Shown here piece after piece: positions 55,100 to 61,097 of a DNA stretch of 64,000 nt (position 1 is its first letter; the number at the start of each line of letters is the position of its first letter). A model generated the notes under the pieces. It searched no databases, was not told where the DNA came from, and saw only the letters and a program-made list of their open reading frames with translations. The stretch comes from a virus, in IMG/VR virus record IMGVR_UViG_3300022744_000001, positions 383,762 to 447,761 of that record. One strand, 5' to 3'. The position numbers and the translations under genes were made by a program.

Positions 55100-55804
55100 A
55101 TGGACAAGATCGCCTCTCCTCTTGAACTCATCGCAGCACTCGAGGACCTACTCGATTACGCTCAAACCGAACGCCCCTCGCGAGAGCTGATCGCCTCTGA
55201 GCTGACTGAACTCTCCGAGCGCGTAGCAGCTCGCTTCGTCATGCCACGAAGCAGCTACCTCCCCGAAGAGGTTCGCGGCAAAGACCCGATCGTCCCCGAG
55301 GGTACTGACCTCGCCATTTGGACTTGGGAGGGCCAGGGCAACTTCTACGGCATCTGCTTCGTCGCCAAGCAGAGCAAACCGCTTTGGCACTACCGGTTCC
55401 GGAGCGAAGCTGCGCGTGAGGCCGAGATCAAAAAGACGATCGAGAGCCGCAAGAAGTCGCTTGAGTACAAGAATCAGAAGGTACTGGAGCGCAAGAACTT
55501 CAAGCACACGATGAAAGAGGGCGACATCCTCTACTCCTCGTGGGGTTATGACCAGACCAACGTGGAGTTCTACCAGGTCGTCGCTGTGGGCGATGCCACG
55601 GTCAAAATCCGCGAAATTGGGAGCAAGGTCGTCAAATCCGACAGCAGCGCCGACTATGTGTCCGCGGTTCCGAACAACTTCCAGGGCCCTGCGATGACGA
55701 AGCGAGTCTCTCCGAGCAACTCCATCCGGTTGAATTCGTTCTCGAGCGCTCGCCCGTGGGACGGGAAGCCCAAATACCAGACCGGAGCTTACGCCGGTCA
55801 CTGA
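55100..55804 (+). CDS. Hypothetical protein with an N-terminal 'MDKIAS...ERVAA' helical leader
   Basis: 234 aa; C-terminal GDILYSSWGYDQTNVEFYQV domain. Confidence 0.75.
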   Translation: MDKIASPLELIAALEDLLDYAQTERPSRELIASELTELSERVAARFVMPRSSYLPEEVRGKDPIVPEGTDLAIWTWEGQGNFYGICFVAKQSKPLWHYRFRSEAAREAEIKKTIESRKKSLEYKNQKVLERKNFKHTMKEGDILYSSWGYDQTNVEFYQVVAVGDATVKIREIGSKVVKSDSSADYVSAVPNNFQGPAMTKRVSPSNSIRLNSFSSARPWDGKPKYQTGAYAGH

Positions 55805-56004
55805 TCTTCACGGACCAGCCGAATCGCTTCAAGCTGCTTGGCGTCCGTGATGAGCCCTGTGCTGTAGGTGAGCCGGAATCTCCCATCCGGCATCTCCTCA
55901 ATGTAGAGGTTCTTCTTCGGCATGTTGACCTCGGTCACCTTGCCGATTTCGATCCTCTGCCCTCCCTCGAACTCGAGGAAGCGTCTCGGTTTGCTTTCAG
56001 TCAT
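55798..56004 (-). CDS. Hypothetical protein
   Basis: AGGAG Shine-Dalgarno + ATG at 56004; 68 aa. Confidence 0.6.
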   Translation of the reverse strand: MTESKPRRFLEFEGGQRIEIGKVTEVNMPKKNLYIEEMPDGRFRLTYSTGLITDAKQLEAIRLVREDQ

Positions 56005-56020
56005 GACTACTCCTTGAGAT

Positions 56021-56096
56021 TGGCGCCCTGAACGGGAGTCGAACCCGCCAGATCTCGCGTGACAAGCGAGTGCTCCCACCAGAGAGCCTCCAGGGC
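56021..56096 (-). tRNA. tRNA-Asp(GTC), A8
   Basis: CTCGC-TTGTCAC-GCGAG; G73. Confidence 0.85.
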
Positions 56097-56101
56097 AAAA
56101 T

Positions 56102-56178
56102 TGGGGTGAGTAGCCGGAGTCGAACCGAGCTTGACCAGGGCCACAACCTGGCGCCCTTACCGAAGGGCGATACCCACC
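56102..56178 (-). tRNA. tRNA-His(GTG) with encoded G-1
   Basis: CCAGG-TTGTGGC-CCTGG; C73. Confidence 0.88.
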
Positions 56179-56184
56179 ATAAAT

Positions 56185-56260
56185 TGGGGTGACCGATGGG
56201 ATTTGAACCCACAACAACCGGAGCCACAATCCAGTGCTCTACCAATTGAGCTACGGCCAC
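56185..56260 (-). tRNA. tRNA-His(GTG) without encoded G-1
   Basis: CTGGA-TTGTGGC-TCCGG; C73; the -1 base is T. Confidence 0.9.
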
Positions 56261-56301
56261 ATCTTGCCAGCTCAACCCTTGCAGGGAACTGGACTTAAAA
56301 T

Positions 56302-56378
56302 TGGCGCCTCAGACGGGGATCGAACCCGCCCACTCTTGCTTGACAAGCAAGCGTTCACAACCAGTGAACCTCTGAGGC
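56302..56378 (-). tRNA. tRNA-Asp(GTC), A8, 6-bp D-stem
   Basis: CTTGC-TTGTCAA-GCAAG. Confidence 0.85.
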
Positions 56379-56413
56379 AAAATCTTCTGGTCAACCTCCC
56401 CACAAGGAGGCCC

Positions 56414-56812
56414 ATGGTTTACGACTACGATTTCCAAGACCGTACCGCCCACGATGTCAAAATGACCCCCAAAGGCAGTATCTACACGTTCCGAGTTGGC
56501 GGGGCCGAACTTCACGCGAGACTCACGGGCTCGGACTTCAAAGTCATCTCGGTTGACTCCCCCGAAGCCGTGCGTGGTCAAGGGGTAGGCAAAGCCATGT
56601 ACCGAGCGCTTTTCGAGGAAGCGGAACGCCAAGGCAAAGGCGTCATCTCCGACCTCACGGTTGAGGAGCCCGCCGCCCGCGTCTGGGAATCCCTGAAGCG
56701 CGAAGGCTTCCCGATCCAGAAGCACCCCCAAGCCGAGATGATCGAGCTTGACGACGGCGGTCGCGCTTGGTTCGTCCCGAGCGACAAACCCGTATACCGC
56801 ATGAAGCGGTGA
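56414..56812 (+). CDS. GNAT-like acetyltransferase with MVYDYDF leader
   Basis: RGQGVGKAMY acetyl-CoA motif; A.RVWESL; GGAGG Shine-Dalgarno. Confidence 0.8.
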   Translation: MVYDYDFQDRTAHDVKMTPKGSIYTFRVGGAELHARLTGSDFKVISVDSPEAVRGQGVGKAMYRALFEEAERQGKGVISDLTVEEPAARVWESLKREGFPIQKHPQAEMIELDDGGRAWFVPSDKPVYRMKR

Positions 56813-56815
56813 AGT

Positions 56816-56905
56816 TGGCGGAGAGAGTAGGATTCGAACCCTGGCCCCTTTCGAGGCCCTCCACTGTTTAGCAAACAGGTCCAGCGCCTTGCTAGTTCCC
56901 TCTCC
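56816..56905 (-). tRNA. tRNA-Ser(GCT), non-canonical 8-bp acceptor stem
   Basis: GGAGAGGG/CTCTCTCC; loop TTGCTAA; long V-arm. Confidence 0.85.
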
Positions 56906-56915
56906 AAAAAGGTTT

Positions 56916-57017
56916 GCCTGGCTGCCCCCTTGAGCACGTCGAAGTCTCCGTGAGGGCAACCTTGGGCCGGGCAAGCGGCCTTTCCAACACACGGAGGTTA
57001 ACTCCCTGCCACCAGGC
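56916..57017 (-). ncRNA. Candidate rod-shaped ncRNA
   Basis: Nested helices GCCTGG/CCAGGC, CTCCGTG/CACGGAG, GGCCG/CGGCC between two tRNA-Ser genes. Confidence 0.4.
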
Positions 57018-57053
57018 TAAACGGAATCAAACCGAGGGCACCGTGGTCGAAGT

Positions 57054-57143
57054 TGGCGGAAGATGTAGGATTCGAACCCTGGCCCCTTTCGAGGCCCTCC
57101 ACCGCTTTCGAAGCGGGTCCGGCGCCTTACCGGTTCATCTTCC
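57054..57143 (-). tRNA. tRNA-Ser(CGA), non-canonical 8-bp acceptor stem
   Basis: GGAAGATG/CATCTTCC; loop TTCGAAA. Confidence 0.85.
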
Positions 57144-57145
57144 AA

Positions 57146-57691
57146 TCAGGCTTGCACCGTAGGCGTCACATACAAACCCCAAGGGGTATACGTGCCGTTG
57201 TCGGTGTCCAGAAACCCCCAGTCATAGCCGTCGGACTCGGCCACTCGCTCATTCGAAAAGAAGAGCGTCCAGACCCGTCCGTTGTTCAGCTCGACTCGGT
57301 GAAAATCGTTGCGGCCGATCCGGTTCAGCGACCAAGGCTTGACCCAGATCTTGTCCATGGTCTTCTTGGCGGCGTTCCACCGGTGCTCGAGGTAGCCTCT
57401 CGTGAGAACCAGGCTGACAGCCTTGGTCCAAGGGTGGTTGTGAACCTCGCGGTCCCCATCGCTCCGGAAGAACCGGTGCAGGTAAACGCCCCTCGCCTCG
57501 CTTCGATAAAGGTACACCCGAAGGAGGTAAGGGTCGGTCTGGTCCTTGTTCCAGATGATGCGGACCTTGCCAGGGTTGTTGAGAGCAACCCACCACAGGA
57601 GCCGTTCAAACCTTGTGAGATTCCCCTGGTGTTGTTCCTTCTGGAACTCCGCGGTCATTGCGATTCTGTCGTATTCCTCTTGCTGTAGCAT
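57146..57691 (-). CDS. Cupin-like (double-stranded beta-helix) protein
   Basis: YLH.F..SD....HNHPW, GY.E, FHRV. Confidence 0.7.
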   Translation of the reverse strand: MLQQEEYDRIAMTAEFQKEQHQGNLTRFERLLWWVALNNPGKVRIIWNKDQTDPYLLRVYLYRSEARGVYLHRFFRSDGDREVHNHPWTKAVSLVLTRGYLEHRWNAAKKTMDKIWVKPWSLNRIGRNDFHRVELNNGRVWTLFFSNERVAESDGYDWGFLDTDNGTYTPWGLYVTPTVQA

Positions 57692-57715
57692 GAGGTGAAA
57701 TACACCAGAGCCCGG

Positions 57716-57753
57716 AAAAAACTGACCTCCCGTAGCTGTTGCTAAGGGAGGTC
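57716..57753 (-). terminator. Intrinsic terminator after the ncRNA at 57761-57888
   Basis: GACCTCCC...GGGAGGTC hairpin followed by AGTTTTTT. Confidence 0.65.
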
Positions 57754-57760
57754 GAAAAGA

Positions 57761-57888
57761 AACGCCCGAGTTTGCAGTGCTGGTTTTGGCGCATGAGGCT
57801 GGAGTTGAACCAGCTACCATCTAGTTATCAGCTAGAAGCTCTACCAATTGAGCTACTTATGCATGTAGGCACTGCACGTTTGGGCGTT
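57761..57888 (-). ncRNA. Y-RNA-like element 1 (topology B): whole tRNA-Ile(GAT)-like body (57787-57862, with CCA) nested in the module stem
   Basis: AACGCCC-A...TGCAGTGC-C-TACATGCA[tRNA]...GCACTGCA-AA-CTC-GGGCGTT; own CGGTGTA element upstream. Confidence 0.75.
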
Positions 57889-57896
57889 GAAACTTG

Positions 57897-58382
57897 TTAC
57901 ACCGCGATCCCCTTACGGAGCCCATCGAGTTGCTTGTGCGCCCCGTAGAGCTGGATGCTGGTATCGAGCATCTGGTCAAGGGAGTTGACCAGATAGATGT
58001 TGGGGGCGTCCACCTTCTGGAGGTGCCCCAGGACGATCTTGCGGGCGTTGCGAGAGTCTTTGCAACGGGCCGGATCGTCGAGGCGCGCATGCAGCTCGGT
58101 CTCGATGTAGACCACGAAGCTACGGTTCCGGTTCTGACGCATGGCGCGAAGAGGGCCAAACCCCAGCTCCGAGAGCGAAGCCACGCCGTACGACCAGCCG
58201 AGGATGGGGAACAAGACGATGTCGTCCTCGGCCAGGTGTTGAGCTTCCTGCTCGACCAGGCCAGGGTGCCAGTCGTCCACCATGGGGTTGAAGTAGGGGA
58301 TGCCGAGCATGTCGTAACGCGACATGAAAGCATCTCGCCAACGATTGTTGTCACAGGTGCCGAAGAGTCCAACGCAGAGCAT
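57897..58382 (-). CDS. Nucleoside 2-deoxyribosyltransferase-like protein
   Basis: GLFGTC...WR, FNP.VDDW, E..HL...DIVLF, S..E.G. Confidence 0.7.
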   Translation of the reverse strand: MLCVGLFGTCDNNRWRDAFMSRYDMLGIPYFNPMVDDWHPGLVEQEAQHLAEDDIVLFPILGWSYGVASLSELGFGPLRAMRQNRNRSFVVYIETELHARLDDPARCKDSRNARKIVLGHLQKVDAPNIYLVNSLDQMLDTSIQLYGAHKQLDGLRKGIAV

Positions 58383-58412
58383 ATTACCTCCGCGCCTGAC
58401 TACACCGGTGAC

Positions 58413-58721
58413 TCAAGCCTTGGTGAAATCCTTGTCGAGCGCCTTCTCGAGCAACTCGTGACCATGAGCTTTGTCGATGAAGCGAGTGGCAAACCGCTGA
58501 GCCTGCTCAAGCTCATCGAAGGTCTTCTTGGCTTTGAAGGTGCCGTGAGGGGTCTTCACCTTCGCAGTGAACTTGTCGCCCGACTTGGCGATCTCCCACT
58601 CGTGCTTCTCGCCTTTGGCGTATTGAACATGGGAGAGCCACTTGCCACCCTTTTCTGTGAAGTCTACCTTCGCAGCAACAAGGTTCAGGGCTACTCGACC
58701 ACGGAAATCATAATCGTACAT
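58413..58721 (-). CDS. Protein with MYDYDF leader
   Basis: MYDYDFRGRVA; AGGAG Shine-Dalgarno; GATCCTCTTGT upstream. Confidence 0.7.
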   Translation of the reverse strand: MYDYDFRGRVALNLVAAKVDFTEKGGKWLSHVQYAKGEKHEWEIAKSGDKFTAKVKTPHGTFKAKKTFDELEQAQRFATRFIDKAHGHELLEKALDKDFTKA

Positions 58722-58727
58722 GCCGAA

Positions 58728-58771
58728 CTCCTGGTCTGACTGTCCTACAAGAGGATCAATCAGACCAGGAG
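58728..58771 (-). promoter_or_regulatory. Shine-Dalgarno-sequestering hairpin with a late-promoter-like motif in its loop
   Basis: Perfect 11-bp inverted repeat CTCCTGGTCTG / CAGACCAGGAG. Confidence 0.6.
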
Positions 58772-58778
58772 CGACGTT

Positions 58779-58920
58779 TGGAGGGGGATTTGGGAGTCGA
58801 ACCCAAACTTGCTTGTATGAGCCTCAGAGTGACCCCTCACGAGGTCGAGATGAGACGCAGGATTAGAGCTTTCGCTCCACCGTGGAAAGGTGGTGAGGCA
58901 CCGAGCCTCTGTAATCCCCC
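58779..58920 (-). ncRNA. Y-RNA-like element 2 (topology A): tRNA-Gly(TCC)-like with the module inserted in the variable region
   Basis: GGGGGAT/ATCCCCC-T-CCA; CTC-GACC..GGTC-A; TACAAGCA before the T-arm. Confidence 0.75.
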
Positions 58921-58928
58921 GAAAATAT

Positions 58929-59045
58929 GGTGCCCGAGTGACAGGGTTGGTTATTGACGCAGCAGGATTTGAACCCACATAGTCCGCTTAAGAGGCGGAT
59001 GACCTACCATTGGTCGATGCTTGTAAACCCCATCTGATGGGCACC
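58929..59045 (-). ncRNA. Y-RNA-like element 3 (topology B): tRNA-Lys(CTT)-like arms within the module stem
   Basis: GGTGCCC-A...GGGTT-TACAAGCA-[D, anticodon, T arms]...AACCC...CTC-GGGCACC. Confidence 0.75.
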
Positions 59046-59085
59046 GTAAACTTTGAGCTGTGAGGTCGCTCGAGCCGAAAAGGGC

Positions 59086-59214
59086 GAGTGCCCGAGTTGC
59101 AGTGTCGTGACTCCCCTCTCGGGGCGCAATGGGAGTTGAACCCACTACCTTCAGATCCAAATCTGACGCTCTACCAAGTGAGCTATGCATGTAGACACTG
59201 CGGGATGGACACTC
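59086..59214 (-). ncRNA. Y-RNA-like element 4 (topology B), 6-nt anticodon loop TTTGGA
   Basis: GAGTGTCC-A...GCAGTGTC-TACATGCA-[arms]...GACACTGC-AA-CTC-GGGCACTC. Confidence 0.75.
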
Positions 59215-59215
59215 T

Positions 59216-59346
59216 TGGGGCGGATAATTGGAGTCGAACCAATCATTTGCGTGTAGACGCGCTTAGGTGGCCCCTCGCAGGGCCGAGTACGAGCGTCGGA
59301 TTTGCTTCTTGTTCAGAGAAGTGTCCCCCACGGGACTTTATCCGCC
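59216..59346 (-). ncRNA. Y-RNA-like element 5 (topology A): His-like acceptor (G-1/C73), GAA anticodon
   Basis: GACGC...CTC-GGCCC..GGGCC-A...GCGTC-TACACGCA; T-arm; CCA. Confidence 0.75.
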
Positions 59347-59380
59347 ATACATCCCCTGATAACCCCCAGGGGCAGGGGAG

Positions 59381-59512
59381 TGGCGCCGGACCCTGGAGTC
59401 GAACCAGGCTATGCTTGTAGACGCTCCGAGATGGCCCCTCGCGGGGCCGAGGATAGAACGTCGGGAATTGCTTCGGTGATATCGAAGTGACCTCCCCGAG
59501 GTCTAATCCGGC
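59381..59512 (-). ncRNA. Y-RNA-like element 6 (topology A): Asp-like (ATC anticodon, G73)
   Basis: GACGTTC...CTC-GGCCCC..GGGGCC-A...GAGCGTC-TACAAGCA; T-arm; CCA. Confidence 0.75.
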
Positions 59513-59518
59513 ATGATT

Positions 59519-59626
59519 GTCAGGTGCGGAAACCCGCTTCGCCCCGGAGGGATTGTCGCCTGACGCGACCTTGCTTGAGGGCGGTATTCCCACCTTCCCC
59601 TTTCGGGTCCGGCTCTCAAGCCGCCG
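59519..59626 (-). ncRNA. Candidate structured RNA (pseudoknot + three-way junction)
   Basis: GGCGG/CCGCC crossed with CTTGAG/CTCAAG; then a GTCAGG/CCTGAC junction; CGGTGTA element just upstream. Confidence 0.45.
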
Positions 59627-59673
59627 GTTACTCTTGCTACACCGGGTCGAGGTCATCGACCCGGGAAAAAACA

Positions 59674-59815
59674 GACTCACACTCGAGAACTGGAGCTGGT
59701 TGCGTTTGTTCGTTCCGTAGACGAATGCCTGATCCAATTCGGCCACAAGGACTAATGCCCTCGGCGGGATTCGAACCCGCATTTGCTTGTAAGATCCAGA
59801 GAATGAGTGTGAGTC
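59674..59815 (-). ncRNA. Y-RNA-like element 7 (topology C, YrlA-like): circularly permuted tRNA-Arg(ACG)
   Basis: Order is T-arm, acceptor stem closed by an ATTA loop, D-arm, anticodon arm, all within the GACTCACACTC/GAGTGTGAGTC stem; TACAAGCA; U-tract after. Confidence 0.8.
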
Positions 59816-59820
59816 GGAAA

Positions 59821-59955
59821 CGGTGAAGGGCGATGGATTCGAACCACCTATTGCGTGTAAGAACCGCCTAGTTTGCCCCTTATTTAGGGCGAGATGCGGT
59901 GCTGGGTTTGCGTCTGATTTACCGTCAGATGGGCTGCCATTGCCCAATGCCCCTC
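59821..59955 (-). ncRNA. Y-RNA-like element 8 (topology A): Tyr-like (GTA, A73)
   Basis: ACCGC..CTC-GCCC..GGGC-A...GCGGT-TCT-TACACGCA; T-arm. Confidence 0.75.
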
Positions 59956-59994
59956 AGAACTTGTTATGGGTATATACACCGGTACCGAGACGGA

Positions 59995-60576
59995 TCAAGT
60001 GGAAATCGCACCCGTGGGCATCACTTGAAAGCCGATTTTTCTCCCGTGTACCAGGTATTCCTTGGCCGAATGAGCCAGGTAAGAAGACGTGATGGAGATG
60101 AAAGGCAGGTGTGCCCCATCTTCGCAGGTGGCCGCACCCGTACCAGACTCGTCATCGATCACGAAGTTCTCATCCCAAACGACTCGACCAAACCCGCCAT
60201 TCGCCGCGAGGGCGCCATGAAGGCAGGGTATTGAGTTTGCTCGAGCGAAGCCCTGCACTACTCGGCGAGCTGCCCCGTTGTCGAGACAGTCGATGAGAAG
60301 GTCAGACTTGCCGAGAACCTCTTTGGAATTGGACTCAACCAACTTGTGCGGGACCGTCTCGACTTTCAGGCCCCAGAAAAACTGGACCGCTTGCTGGAGC
60401 GCGAGCACCTTGGTTTTGCCAACCGAGGATTTCGCATGGAACTGGCTCTGGGTGTTCTTCTGCTCGACGCGGTCGAAGTCTACGACCCGGAGCTGTGCAC
60501 CCACGTTCCTCAACAACGGGACAAGGTGAGAACCCAAAGCCCCTACGCCAACAATGGTTACGATCTTCATCTTCAT
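59995..60576 (-). CDS. ThiF/E1-like adenylating enzyme
   Basis: IVGVGALGS, DFDRVE.KN...Q, K.K, IDCLDN..AR, candidate catalytic Cys in ATCED. Confidence 0.9.
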   Translation of the reverse strand: MKMKIVTIVGVGALGSHLVPLLRNVGAQLRVVDFDRVEQKNTQSQFHAKSSVGKTKVLALQQAVQFFWGLKVETVPHKLVESNSKEVLGKSDLLIDCLDNGAARRVVQGFARANSIPCLHGALAANGGFGRVVWDENFVIDDESGTGAATCEDGAHLPFISITSSYLAHSAKEYLVHGRKIGFQVMPTGAIST

Positions 60577-60812
60577 CTCTCCTTGACCAGCCGCTGGATG
60601 ATAGCCAGAAGCCGACCCACATCTTGGGAAGCCTTCAAGATGGCTTCACGATCCTCGGAAGTGGCATAGACGAGGCGATAGGCGAGCTTGCCTTCACCGT
60701 CTAAAGCCGCTCCATTGGGGAGGATGTCGAGCGGTTTGGTAGCTCGGGCCCAGCGACCCTCTATCTCAGCGAGAAGCAGGTGCTCCTCAAGCTCAAGAGC
60801 GCCAAACACCAA
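60573..60812 (-). CDS. Small hypothetical protein in the Ubl operon
   Basis: 79 aa, overlapping both neighbours. Confidence 0.55.
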   Translation of the reverse strand: MVFGALELEEHLLLAEIEGRWARATKPLDILPNGAALDGEGKLAYRLVYATSEDREAILKASQDVGRLLAIIQRLVKER

Positions 60813-61080
60813 AGGGTGTCTTGGGTCGAAGCTGAATCAGGTTGTACGGACGGGTCGCGGTCGCCGAGAAGCGCTCAACCACGAAGTCGGCAAAGTTCGC
60901 AGCCGGGTCCGCGGCAATGCCCGGGATTCCTCCCTGCACGGCCTCGGTCGCGATCTGGCGAACGTCACCTTCGGTGGACTGGAAGTACATGGGGTCCGGA
61001 AGCTCCCCATACTGCCCGTTCCAGGTGATCCCCAAACGGGCCTGGTCCTGGTCGAGCACTACTACGATTTCATCTGCCAT
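60793..61080 (-). CDS. Putative ubiquitin-like (beta-grasp) modifier with a short C-terminal propeptide
   Basis: 95 aa between JAB and E1; beta-beta-alpha-beta-beta pattern; ends LRPKTPFG-VWRS. Confidence 0.6.
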   Translation of the reverse strand: MADEIVVVLDQDQARLGITWNGQYGELPDPMYFQSTEGDVRQIATEAVQGGIPGIAADPAANFADFVVERFSATATRPYNLIQLRPKTPFGVWRS

Positions 61081-61097
61081 TTGGATCTCCTTTGAAT

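Noticed and set aside
59519-59565. Hammerhead ribozyme-like three-way junction
   Set aside because: It lacks the CUGANGA and GAAA...UH core
59243-59947. 234-aa ORF and other ORFs crossing tRNA/ncRNA clusters (e.g. 45423-46139)
   Set aside because: They overlap multiple structured RNAs, have no protein-like features and lack translation signals
58779-59955. Reading the oversized tRNA-like elements as intron-containing tRNAs or tmRNA
   Set aside because: The inserts lie in the variable region or enclose the tRNA, are only about 50-60 nt, lack group I/II or BHB features, and there is no G3:U70 + tag ORF
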